Source of the DNA: an uncultured Subdoligranulum sp.
Lineage (GTDB): Bacteria > Bacillota > Clostridia > Christensenellales > CAG-314
Reading direction: 5' to 3'
DNA: 64,000 bases
NCBI GenBank assembly: GCA_964612455.1
Contig: CAZTCB010000004.1
Span: forward strand, 3,350-67,349
In this document: one piece after another, positions 28,656 to 37,469 of the stretch
Position numbering within the stretch: the first letter of the stretch is position 1
Layout of the letters: each line of letters begins with the position of its first letter
Program-made: the position numbers and the translations under genes
Notes under the pieces: generated by a model
Seen by the model: only the letters and a program-made list of their open reading frames with translations
The model's database searches: none
Told to the model about the DNA's origin: nothing

Positions 28656-29831
28656 ATGAAAAATTCTTTAGCATTAGAAAAACACTTTGAATGGAAAGGC
28701 AAAGTAGAGACTAAGGTAAAAGTCCCTGTCGATACGTTGGAGCAACTCGCCGTCGCATATACTCCCGGAGTCGCGGACGCTTGTATGGCGATAAAAGAAC
28801 AACCGGAACTCAGTTTTGAATTGACGGGACGCGCCAACGCCGTTGCCGTTATTACCGACGGCACGGCGATACTCGGTCTCGGCAATATCGGTCCGGAGGC
28901 GGGCATGCCTGTCATGGAAGGTAAATGCGCTTTGTTTAAACGTTTCGGCAACGTGGACGCGGTTCCGCTTTGTCTGCGTACTACCGATACGGAGGAAATA
29001 ATAAAAACAATCAAGTACCTCGAAGGCAGTTTCGGCGGCATCAACCTCGAAGATATCGCCGCTCCGCGTTGTTTTGAAATAGAGACGCGACTGAAAAAAG
29101 AACTTTCGATACCTGTTTTTCACGATGATCAGCATGGTACGGCTATCGTTGTCGGGGCGGCTCTTATTAATGCGCTAAAAGTGGTAAAAAAGGACATCGG
29201 CGACGTGAAAGTGGTAGTTAACGGCGCGGGTGCGGCAGGTACGGCGATATCCAAGTACCTTATCTATATGGGTGTAAACGACCTCGTGGTTTGCGACAGG
29301 TTTGGTATAATAAACCAAGACGACGACACTTTGACGCCGGCTCATGCCGAGCTTGCCGGGTTGACTAACAAATACGGAAAAAAAGGTTCTCTTGCCGACG
29401 CTTTGGTAGGTGCCGACGTATTTATAGGAGTATCCGTCGGCAACGTCGTGACAACTGAAATGGTGTCAAAGATGGCGAAAAACGCAATAGTCTTTGCGAT
29501 GGCAAATCCGATTCCTGAAATATCGCCGGAGGATGCAAAAAAAGGCGGTGCCGCGATTGTCGGCACAGGGAGCAGTAAATATCCCAACCAGATAAACAAC
29601 GCCTTGGTTTTTCCGGGGATATTCAGAGGCGCACTTGACGCGAGAGCAAGCGACGTGAACATGCAGATGATGGTTGCCGCAAGCCGCGGCATTGCTTCTG
29701 CAATATCGGATGCGGAGCTTTCCGTTGAAAACATTTTGCCGAAAGCGGTTGACGAAAGAGCACACAAAGCGGTTGCCGTGGCGGTAGCGAAAGCTGCGCG
29801 AGACAGCGGAGTTGCTCGGATTGATACTTAG
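28656..29831 (+). CDS. NAD(P)-dependent malic enzyme (oxaloacetate-decarboxylating malate dehydrogenase)
   Basis: 391 aa. YTPGVA, FHDDQHGTAIV and Rossmann VNGAGAAG. Short prokaryotic form without a PTA domain. Confidence 0.9.
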   Translation: MKNSLALEKHFEWKGKVETKVKVPVDTLEQLAVAYTPGVADACMAIKEQPELSFELTGRANAVAVITDGTAILGLGNIGPEAGMPVMEGKCALFKRFGNVDAVPLCLRTTDTEEIIKTIKYLEGSFGGINLEDIAAPRCFEIETRLKKELSIPVFHDDQHGTAIVVGAALINALKVVKKDIGDVKVVVNGAGAAGTAISKYLIYMGVNDLVVCDRFGIINQDDDTLTPAHAELAGLTNKYGKKGSLADALVGADVFIGVSVGNVVTTEMVSKMAKNAIVFAMANPIPEISPEDAKKGGAAIVGTGSSKYPNQINNALVFPGIFRGALDARASDVNMQMMVAASRGIASAISDAELSVENILPKAVDERAHKAVAVAVAKAARDSGVARIDT

Positions 29832-29860
29832 TATAAAGCGTTAAAAACTATTTTGCGATT

Positions 29861-29898
29861 AAACACCGTTTGCGGAAAAAAAGCCGCAAACGGTGTTT
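29861..29898. terminator. bidirectional hairpin terminator
   Basis: 15-bp perfect stem AAACACCGTTTGCGG / CCGCAAACGGTGTTT with an A-rich loop. Between convergent malic enzyme (+) and the integrase pseudogene (-). Confidence 0.7.
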
Positions 29899-29900
29899 TG

Positions 29901-30746
29901 TCAATAAGTAAGCCTTAAACGGTCGAGTATGGTTCGATGTTCCTTGCCTGTCGATATGAGATATATTCTCGTTGTGTCGATATTTGAGTGACCGAGCACG
30001 TCGGACAATCTTATCAAATCGTGACATTGTTCGTAAAACGTTTTTGCAAACAGATGTCTGAGGTTGTGGGGATAGACTTTTGTTTCTTCTATCCCGGCAA
30101 ATTTGCTTGCTTTTTTCAACTCCCGCCACACGTGTCGGCGGTCCATAGGATTTTGTTCCCGAGTAATGAAAATATAGCCGTGCGTTATTTTGTTATCTTT
30201 GGCATATTCGAGCAATTGTTTGGACAGCGCGATAGGAAACAGGACGGTTCTGATTTTTCCTTTAAGGGTAATATCGGCTTTGCCTCTCAGTATGTTTTCT
30301 ATCGTGATAAACCTGAGTTCGGAGACGCGTATTCCCGTAGAACAAATGGTTTCTATAAGCAGTAGCAGTTTTTTGGTTTTCGGATTGCCTTTTAGCGCGT
30401 TTATTATTTTAGCGTATTCTCTTCGTGTCAAATCTTTGTTTTCATCGCGAAACAGCTGTCTTTAGACGACGAGATATTTTACTTTCCAAGCAAATCGGTT
30501 TTTATAAATAAAAAACTTGTTGATTGCGGCGAGATAACCGTTGATTGTACTCGGCGCAAATCGTTTTTTTATAAGGTATTTTTTCCATTCTATGGCTGTA
30601 TCCTTATCTGCCGCCCGTCCGTTTAAAAACTCAGAAAAAGCAGAAATATTGTTAACGTATTTTTCTACGGTCTTTATTCCGCGTTCTTCCGCTTTTAGTT
30701 TTTTTTCAAAACTCGTTAGTTCTTTTTGTGTCAAAAAAATTGCCAT
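29901..30746 (-). pseudogene. tyrosine recombinase/integrase interrupted by one in-frame TAA
   Basis: ORFs 30746-30462 (SAM-like N domain) and 30431-29901 (catalytic domain with GIRVSEL, HNLRH, GHSNIDTT, RIY) are in the same frame. They are separated only by TAA at 30462-30464. Read-through gives ...KYLVV*RQLFRDENKDLTRREY.... Strong RBS AAAGGAG. Confidence 0.8.
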
Positions 30747-30777
30747 TTGTTACTCCTTTGCATTTTTATTAATAAAA

Positions 30778-30800
30778 AAACTCCGCACAAAGCGGAGTTT
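30778..30800 (-). terminator. rho-independent terminator of ttcA
   Basis: AAACTCCGC / GCGGAGTTT stem. On the minus strand it is followed by T7. Confidence 0.75.
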
Positions 30801-30820
30801 CGTTATTTGTTAAAAAATAT

Positions 30821-31573
30821 TTATTCGTTTTGTTCCTTTTTGTATTTTTCTTCTATATCATTCCACAAATTGTATCTTTCGCTACTCATGATGGCAGCTC
30901 CGATGCGATCTTTTGCAAAAGGAACGTTGTTATTGATGCTTTTTATAAGGTCTTTCATCGACTGTCTCTGGGTATGTTTGTCTGCGGGACAGGGATTGAA
31001 CGCGACGGGGAGTTTTTGTTGAGTCGCATATGCCGCGATGTCTTTTTCTTCGATAAAAATCATCGGTCTTATCAAAGACACCTTGCTTCGGCTCATGTAG
31101 TTTTTAGGCGCGAAAGTATTGAGACGTCCTTCAAAAATCATACTTAAGAAAAACGTTTCTATGACGTCGTCTTTGTGATGTCCCAACGCGAGTTTGTTGC
31201 AGCCGTGTTTAATTAACGCCGTGTTGAGTGCGCCGCGGCGCATTTTGCTGCAAAGGCTGCAAGGATTGGTTTCTTTTCTTACGTCAAAGATTATTTCGGC
31301 GATATCGGTTTTTTCGATGACGTAGGGTATCGACAGTTGCTTGCACCACTCTGAGATACCGTCAAAACACATGTCTTTAAAACCCATGTCTACCGTTATT
31401 GCGAGAATATTAAATTTTTGCGGTGAAAATCTTTGATAAGCTTTCAGTAGCGCCAATAAAGTCAAGCTGTCTTTGCCGCCGCTCACGCCTACCGCGATAT
31501 CGTCGCCGTCTTGTATCATATCAAATTGTGTAATTGCCTTTCTGAACGGCGCCAATAGTTGTTGAGTTTTCAT
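30821..31573 (-). CDS. ttcA: tRNA 2-thiocytidine biosynthesis protein TtcA (PP-loop ATPase)
   Basis: PP-loop SGGKDS, CSLCSKMRRG, LGHHKDD..ET, NPCP. Start at MKTQQ (31573) because the upstream in-frame ATG is part of the ATGGAGG RBS. Confidence 0.85.
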   Translation of the reverse strand: MKTQQLLAPFRKAITQFDMIQDGDDIAVGVSGGKDSLTLLALLKAYQRFSPQKFNILAITVDMGFKDMCFDGISEWCKQLSIPYVIEKTDIAEIIFDVRKETNPCSLCSKMRRGALNTALIKHGCNKLALGHHKDDVIETFFLSMIFEGRLNTFAPKNYMSRSKVSLIRPMIFIEEKDIAAYATQQKLPVAFNPCPADKHTQRQSMKDLIKSINNNVPFAKDRIGAAIMSSERYNLWNDIEEKYKKEQNE

Positions 31574-31591
31574 TATTACCTCCATTGTTTT

Positions 31592-31620
31592 ATTTTAACA
31601 GACAAAAGGTTTGTCGCCAA
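31592..31620 (-). promoter_or_regulatory. sigma-70-type promoter of ttcA
   Basis: Minus strand reads TTGGCG-17 nt-TAAAAT. The spacer contains the palindrome GACAAA-agg-TTTGTC. Confidence 0.5.
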
Positions 31621-31659
31621 CCGTTTTTACCTCTTTTTTCGGGATTTTTTACCTTATCG

Positions 31660-31688
31660 TTGCCAAAAAGCGCGTTTTGATATATAAT
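31660..31688 (+). promoter_or_regulatory. sigma-70-type promoter of the MBL-shikimate operon
   Basis: TTGCCA-17 nt-TATAAT, about 74 nt upstream of ATG 31762 (RBS GAAGGAGG). Confidence 0.6.
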
Positions 31689-31761
31689 AAATCCGACGAA
31701 ACAAAACGGTTTGGCATAACCGAAAACGAATTATTACGATTAAAAGAAGGAGGCTTAACAG

Positions 31762-33090
31762 ATGGCAAATAAAAAATCCGACACAACTAAAAAAACAAAA
31801 TCCAAGTCAACTCAACGCAAGGAAATCGGTGCGTTTGCGGCAGGAGCGGTTGCCGCGGGAGCAGTTGCCGCCAAGGCCGCAAAAAAAGGAAAAAATAAAA
31901 AACAAAAAAAGAGAATTAATACCGTTGCGTTTATACTCGTGCTCATAGTTATCGTGTGCGGCGCCATGTACTACATGGATATTACGCCGTTTGATTTTGA
32001 AATAAGCGGAGATACCTTCAAGTTTTATACGTATACGCCTATTATTCCCGTCAGAGATATAGGAGATTTGCAACTGACGGATTTTCGTCTGCACGTCATC
32101 GACGTCAATCAGGGGGATTGTTTATTTCTTCAACTCCCCGACGGGAAAAACATGTTGATAGACGGTGCAAAAAAGAGCGATACGGTTGCCAACGGCATCA
32201 TAGAGTACCTTCTGTCCGATGTCAACGGCATTGCGGTCGACGGCAAAGTAGTCATAGATTACGTAGTGCTTTCACACACCGATGCTGACCATTGCGGCAG
32301 TCTTGACGACGTGATAAAGAGCGACAAAATCGACGTAAAAAGCGTCTATCGTCCGCTTGTTTTGTCGAGTTACTCGGGAGATCCGTTAAAGTCGTACATA
32401 TCGGCAAACAACCTCAGCTGTTCTACCATATCGACCACGGTGTACAAAGAGTTTGTTCAGGCGGTTGACGAAGAACAAGACTGTACTACGTATTACAACC
32501 TCGGCAGTCGTACGTTGCAGGGTGACGGGTATACCATGTATTTTTTCAACCCGACGATAGATATGTATCAGGATATCAAGTCCGCTCAGGATAAAAACAA
32601 CGTTTCGCCGATTATTATCCTCGACCTCGAGGTGGCAGGTAGAAAAATAGCACTGACGGGTGACGCCGATAAAGTGCAGGAAAATAATTTTATTGCGCAA
32701 CTTTCCGACAATGATTACGGCATAGATGCCGAGTTTTGCGACGTCGACGTGTTGAAAGTCGCCCATCACGGCGGAAAAGAGTCCACCAACAGCGAGTTTT
32801 TAAACGTGGTAAAACCCGAATACGCTCTGATAAGCGTCGGGGCAAAAAATACTTACGGTCATCCTACGCAGGAGACGTTGCAGCGCCTAGATAATATCGG
32901 TTGCAAGACGATATACCGCACCGACCAAAGCGGCAGCATCGTTCTTACCGTTACTTCGGACGGTAGTCTCGATTTCAGCGTGACCGGCGGCGTCGTGTCC
33001 GCGTCGGCGACCACTCGACTTTATCGTTACGACTTTTTTGCCGTGTATACAGGTCTCGTTAATTCGGCAAAACAATACATGGCTGCGTGA
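31762..33090 (+). CDS. membrane-anchored MBL-fold hydrolase, ComEC C-terminal-domain type
   Basis: 442 aa. Lys-rich N-terminus, one TM, then the metallo-beta-lactamase landmarks VIDVNQGDC, SHTDADHCG, GDAD, VAHHG, YGHP, as in the ComEC/Rec2 nuclease-like domain. No competence channel domain. Confidence 0.75.
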   Translation: MANKKSDTTKKTKSKSTQRKEIGAFAAGAVAAGAVAAKAAKKGKNKKQKKRINTVAFILVLIVIVCGAMYYMDITPFDFEISGDTFKFYTYTPIIPVRDIGDLQLTDFRLHVIDVNQGDCLFLQLPDGKNMLIDGAKKSDTVANGIIEYLLSDVNGIAVDGKVVIDYVVLSHTDADHCGSLDDVIKSDKIDVKSVYRPLVLSSYSGDPLKSYISANNLSCSTISTTVYKEFVQAVDEEQDCTTYYNLGSRTLQGDGYTMYFFNPTIDMYQDIKSAQDKNNVSPIIILDLEVAGRKIALTGDADKVQENNFIAQLSDNDYGIDAEFCDVDVLKVAHHGGKESTNSEFLNVVKPEYALISVGAKNTYGHPTQETLQRLDNIGCKTIYRTDQSGSIVLTVTSDGSLDFSVTGGVVSASATTRLYRYDFFAVYTGLVNSAKQYMAA

Positions 33091-33091
33091 T

Positions 33092-35059
33092 ATGCTCAAG
33101 TTTTTTGCAAAAGGTTTTTCGCACGGAAAGGGCTATTTGTGTACCGCCGTCGGTTTGCCGGACGGGTTTAAGATAGACGTCGCCGCCGTAGAACACCAGC
33201 TGTTTCGTCGTCGCGAAGGCGTGGGGCGCAGTCCGCGAATGAGTATTGAAAACGATAAAATCACCTTTTTGAGCGGACTTGACGGCGAAGGTCGTACTAA
33301 CGGCAGACCGTTAAAGTTTTTTATTGCCAACGCTGATGACGCCTTGGCTGAAAAACCACCCGTTACCGCATTGAGAAGCGGACATGCCGACCTCGTCGGT
33401 TGTGAAAAATACGGTCTTGACGACGCCCGATTGGTTTGCGAACTTTCGTCGGCGCGACGTACCGTTGCGTATACCGCATACGGAGCCATCTGCAGACAGA
33501 TGCTTGAAAAAGAGAATATATTTTTCGATTCGCGAGTTACGCAGATAGGCGGCGTAAAAACAGACGAATGCGACGATTTTGTTTCTCGTTGCGCAGCGGA
33601 AATACGTTCCGCCCGCGACGACGGTGACAGCCTCGGCGGTAAAGTAAAAGTGTTTTGTCGCGGGTTGAAAATCGGTCTCGGCAATATGATTGATTACGAA
33701 GGACGCTTTGACGGAATAATCGCGCATGCTTTGATGGGTATACCTTCCGTCAAAAGTGTGGAAATCGGACTCGGCTCGTCTTACGCGGATAAAAGAAACG
33801 GCGCTGTCGCCGACAAATTAATAGTAAACGACGGTAAAATAATATACGATACCAACAATTGCGGCGGTATAGTCGGCGGCTTGACGACAGGTAACGATAT
33901 AGAGGTTACGCTGACCGTCAAACCCGTTCCGACTACGAGGCAGGGAGTGGAGACGATAGACTCGATTACTAAAGAAAAAACGATTTCGCATTACGAGCGT
34001 AGCGACGTTTGCGTGGTGAACAACGTCGGCGTAATTGCCGAAAACGTGCTTGCCGCCACCGTTCTCGACGTTTTTCTTAAAAATAAAAATGCGTCTGTTC
34101 GTTACGAAAAGTTTGATAAAAATAATATAAAGGGCAACAAGGTTTTCGTAGTGGATGCGAGCGTTTTGCCGCTGATAGACGTTTCGGGCGAAAAGGTGTT
34201 TGCGATAAACGACGCGGAGAAAGAAAAAAACCTTTTTACCGTTGAAAAATTACTTAAGTTTTTTAACGACAACGGCTTAAATCGTACGGACAGTGTCGTT
34301 GCCGTAGGCGGCGGAGCATTGCTGGATACCGTCGGATTTGCAGCGGCGGTATTTAAGCGGGGGATAGGAGTTTGTTTTGTTCCGACTACTTTGCTGTCTA
34401 TGACGGACGCGGCGCATGGCGGAAAAAACGCGGTAAATTTCGACGGAATAAAAAACGTTGCGGGCACTTTTTATTTGCCAAAAACGGTAATTGTCGATTT
34501 CGATTTTTTAAACGGCGACTACGAGCGACTTAAACGAGAGGGTTTTGGCGAAATAGTCAAATGCGCCTTGCTCGACAACAAGGTGATGACCGAGATAAAA
34601 GCGTCCGCGGATTTAAAGAAACTCGTCAGACTTTGCGTCGAGTTTAAAAACGAAGTGGTCGAAAGAGATCCTACCGACTTGTTTTGGCGCAATCAACTCA
34701 ATCTCGGACATACTTTCGGTCACGCTTTTGAGCGAGTTTTCGGTTTGTCGCATGGCGAGGCGGTATTACAGGGATTGTATTACGAAACCATGCTTGCAAC
34801 CTTTATCGGCGAGACAGACGGTGATTTTTCAAAAAAAACACTTGATTTTTTGTCCGATTACGTAGTTCCGATACGAGTTACGCCTACCGACGTCGATAGA
34901 ATACTCGTGTTGTGCGCCGCCGACAAAAAAAACGAAAATCAGGAAATAACTTTTGTTTTTGCCGCACCGTATTTCGATTTTAATCCAAAAAGCGTTGATT
35001 TGTTTACGTTGAAGGAGTTTTTTTGCCAATGTCCGATACTTATGAGGAAAAAACTTTAA
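33092..35059 (+). CDS. aroC/aroB: fused chorismate synthase / 3-dehydroquinate synthase
   Basis: ATG 33092 is 1 nt after the MBL stop. First roughly 335 aa carry ELSSARRTVAYTAYGAI, GDSLGG, NNCGGIVGG, RSDVCVVNNVGVIAENVL (AroC). Last roughly 315 aa carry VAVGGGALLD, PTTLLSMTDAAHGGKNAVN, NLGHTFGHAFE, SHGEAV (AroB). No stop between the domains. Confidence 0.85.
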   Translation: MLKFFAKGFSHGKGYLCTAVGLPDGFKIDVAAVEHQLFRRREGVGRSPRMSIENDKITFLSGLDGEGRTNGRPLKFFIANADDALAEKPPVTALRSGHADLVGCEKYGLDDARLVCELSSARRTVAYTAYGAICRQMLEKENIFFDSRVTQIGGVKTDECDDFVSRCAAEIRSARDDGDSLGGKVKVFCRGLKIGLGNMIDYEGRFDGIIAHALMGIPSVKSVEIGLGSSYADKRNGAVADKLIVNDGKIIYDTNNCGGIVGGLTTGNDIEVTLTVKPVPTTRQGVETIDSITKEKTISHYERSDVCVVNNVGVIAENVLAATVLDVFLKNKNASVRYEKFDKNNIKGNKVFVVDASVLPLIDVSGEKVFAINDAEKEKNLFTVEKLLKFFNDNGLNRTDSVVAVGGGALLDTVGFAAAVFKRGIGVCFVPTTLLSMTDAAHGGKNAVNFDGIKNVAGTFYLPKTVIVDFDFLNGDYERLKREGFGEIVKCALLDNKVMTEIKASADLKKLVRLCVEFKNEVVERDPTDLFWRNQLNLGHTFGHAFERVFGLSHGEAVLQGLYYETMLATFIGETDGDFSKKTLDFLSDYVVPIRVTPTDVDRILVLCAADKKNENQEITFVFAAPYFDFNPKSVDLFTLKEFFCQCPILMRKKL

Positions 35060-37044
35060 AATATACCGATTTACCGTACGGCGACAAATCGATAACCCAC
35101 AGAGCGTTGATTTGCGCCGCATTGTCGGACGGAAAATGCACTCTGACCAATGCGGCATTCAACGCCGACACTTACGCTACGGTTGAGTGTCTTAACGCTT
35201 TAGGTGCGAAAATAACCTTGTGCGGCGGCGGAAAAATAGAAGTCCTTCCGATTAAAAAACCCAACGACGACGTGGTTTTAAACTGTTTAAACAGCGGTAC
35301 TACCGCGAGAATGCTTGCAGGCGTCGCGGTGGGGTTAAACGTACATGCCGTCTTTATCGGCGACGACAGTCTGACGTCTCGTCCTATGCAACGGATATTG
35401 ACGCCGCTTAACGCTATGGGCGGCAAAATAGAAAAAAAAGACGGCTGTTTATTTGAGGTTTTTAAACATGGCGATTTAAACGCGATAGATTTTGATATGC
35501 CTGTGCCTTCGGCGCAGGTAAAGAGCGCGATACTTTTTGCCGGGCTTTTTGCACGCGGAAAGACTACGGTGAGGGAAACGTTTCAAACCCGCAATCACAC
35601 CGAGATTATGCTCGGACGTTTTTCGGCGGATATAGTTTGCTCGGACGGAATGGTTTCGTTAAACGGCGGTTTGCCGCTCAAAGCGACGGACGTAGTTATT
35701 CCTGACGATTTTTCAACCGCTGCCGCTTTAATTGCCATGTATTCCGTTTCTCCGCGTGGTATTTCGATACGCGACGTAGGGCTTAATCCGACGCGTACGG
35801 CATTTTTGGACTGGCTGAGGGCAGGCGGTGCCGAGGTGCGTTTAACTAATATGCATGAAACCTGCGCAGGCGAGATATCGGGTGACGTATACGTCAACGC
35901 TTTTCGTTTAAAGGGCGCCGATTCGCCCTATGCGCTCAGCAACAAGATGATTGACGAAATCCCGTCGGCTTGTCTTTTGGCCGCCACGGCGCGCGGCAAC
36001 AGTCGATTTGAAGGTCTTTGCGAGCTTACCAAAAAAGAAAGCGATAGATTGACGGCAATCGAAAAACTGCTGAATTCTTACGGCGTAAAAACGAGCAGAA
36101 AAGGGGACGATTTGACCGTCTGCGGCGGAAGCCTGACGCCGTCGACGAATATGCCGTTTGATACCGACGATCATCGTATCGCTATGATGGATATCGCGGC
36201 AAGCAATATATGCGGCAAGGCTGTTGCGTCCGAAAATCGTCGTTGTATAGATGTGTCTTGTCCCAATTTTTTACAAATGTTAAATTTACCGTATCGCTGG
36301 GGATTGTTCGGCACGGACGTAAAAAACAGTCTGTCGCCGCTGCTTTACGAGTCCGTTTGTCGCGTTACGGGATTAAAAGCAGAGTACAATGTTTTCAACG
36401 TTTCGTCGGATGAGTTTTTAAAATGTTTTAAGAGCATCTTCAGTCGGTTAAACGGAGCAAATCTGACGATGCCGTTTAAAACCATGTTGACTGACGAGCA
36501 AACCCCGATCAATACCTTGTTAAATCTCAACGGAAATCCCGTTGCGTTCAATACCGACGGTTTCGGTTTGATTAACGCGCTGAAAGACGCCGAAATCGAC
36601 GTAAGAGGTAAAAAACTGCTCATACTCGGTTGCGGCGGCGCGGCAAAAGAAGCCGTCAGAGTGTTAAATGCCAACGGGGCGAAACTGACCGTTCGCAATC
36701 GGACAGAGAGTAAAATCGATGAAATGAAAAAACGATACGAGTTGCAACCCGACGACGGAAAGACGGCGTTTGACGGCATATTGTCTTTTTTGCCTTTTAC
36801 GAAAGGCTTGACGCTCGTGACGAAAGAAGAGTTAAACGCCTCCGAGTTTGCTTTTGACGCATGTTACGTAAAAAAAACACCGTTTTTTATCTATGCAAAA
36901 TCCGCTTGTCGTCGTGTCGTCGGCGGTGAAAGCATGCTGTTTTGGCAGGGGATAAAGAACTTTGAAATCTGGACCAACGAAACGCTCTCGCAGGAGCGGA
37001 TTTTGGCTGCTAAAGAAATATTTTTTAAGGAGATTTATAAATGA
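35029..37044 (+). CDS. aroA/aroE: fused EPSP synthase (class II type) / shikimate dehydrogenase
   Basis: First roughly 420 aa: GDKSITHRAL, LNSGTTARML, KESDRL, DDHRIAM (AroA). Last roughly 250 aa: SLSPLLYE, NLTMPFK, FNTDGFG, LGCGGAAKEA (AroE). The start overlaps the upstream gene by 31 nt. Confidence 0.85.
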   Translation: MSDTYEEKTLKYTDLPYGDKSITHRALICAALSDGKCTLTNAAFNADTYATVECLNALGAKITLCGGGKIEVLPIKKPNDDVVLNCLNSGTTARMLAGVAVGLNVHAVFIGDDSLTSRPMQRILTPLNAMGGKIEKKDGCLFEVFKHGDLNAIDFDMPVPSAQVKSAILFAGLFARGKTTVRETFQTRNHTEIMLGRFSADIVCSDGMVSLNGGLPLKATDVVIPDDFSTAAALIAMYSVSPRGISIRDVGLNPTRTAFLDWLRAGGAEVRLTNMHETCAGEISGDVYVNAFRLKGADSPYALSNKMIDEIPSACLLAATARGNSRFEGLCELTKKESDRLTAIEKLLNSYGVKTSRKGDDLTVCGGSLTPSTNMPFDTDDHRIAMMDIAASNICGKAVASENRRCIDVSCPNFLQMLNLPYRWGLFGTDVKNSLSPLLYESVCRVTGLKAEYNVFNVSSDEFLKCFKSIFSRLNGANLTMPFKTMLTDEQTPINTLLNLNGNPVAFNTDGFGLINALKDAEIDVRGKKLLILGCGGAAKEAVRVLNANGAKLTVRNRTESKIDEMKKRYELQPDDGKTAFDGILSFLPFTKGLTLVTKEELNASEFAFDACYVKKTPFFIYAKSACRRVVGGESMLFWQGIKNFEIWTNETLSQERILAAKEIFFKEIYK

Positions 37045-37469
37045 AAATCCTCGTAATCAACGGTCCGAATATGGATATGCTCGGCAGACGCAATCCGGAG
37101 CATTACGGCAAAATGACTTTGTCACAGCTAAACAAAGCCGTTGCGGATTACGCAAAAAAAAGAAAAGTAAAAATTCGTTTTTTTCAGTCTGACTGCGAAG
37201 GAAAAATCGTTTACAAGATTAATCACTGCGCATGCGACGCAATTTTGCTTAACGCTGCCGCATACAGCCATACGAGTATTGCATTAAGGGATGCGGTCGA
37301 GTGTTGCGGTAAAAAAACGGTGGAGGTTCATTTGTCGGACATCACGGCACGGGAGGATTTCAGAAAAATAAGGGTTTTGGACGGAGTCGTCGCGGCGTGT
37401 TTTTACGGCAAAGGAATAGAAAGTTATTTTGACGGCATAGATTTTTTGATTGCGGAGGAAAACGAATGA
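37041..37469 (+). CDS. aroQ: type II 3-dehydroquinate dehydratase
   Basis: 142 aa. ILVINGPNMDMLGRRNPEHYG, QSDCEG, NAAAYSHTSIALRDA, VEVHLSDI. Confidence 0.92.
   Translation: MKILVINGPNMDMLGRRNPEHYGKMTLSQLNKAVADYAKKRKVKIRFFQSDCEGKIVYKINHCACDAILLNAAAYSHTSIALRDAVECCGKKTVEVHLSDITAREDFRKIRVLDGVVAACFYGKGIESYFDGIDFLIAEENE

Noticed and set aside
27869-29840. 12-bp direct repeat TAGTATAAAGCG at 27869-27880 and 29829-29840, bracketing the nitroreductase and malic-enzyme genes. It might represent target-site duplication of an inserted cassette next to the integrase remnant.
   Set aside because: A 64-kb window has about 2e9 position pairs against 4^12 = 1.7e7 possible 12-mers. On the order of 100 exact 12-mer pairs are therefore expected by chance. 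The second copy includes the malic-enzyme stop codon, and I saw no inverted repeats or other element ends.
30462-30464. Possibility that the in-frame TAA in the integrase reflects stop-codon reassignment.
   Set aside because: TAA is used as a genuine terminator by many well-conserved genes in the window, which end at their expected lengths (e.g. tdh, kbl, gmk, ligA, valS). No other conserved gene contains an internal stop. A pseudogene or sequencing error is far more likely.
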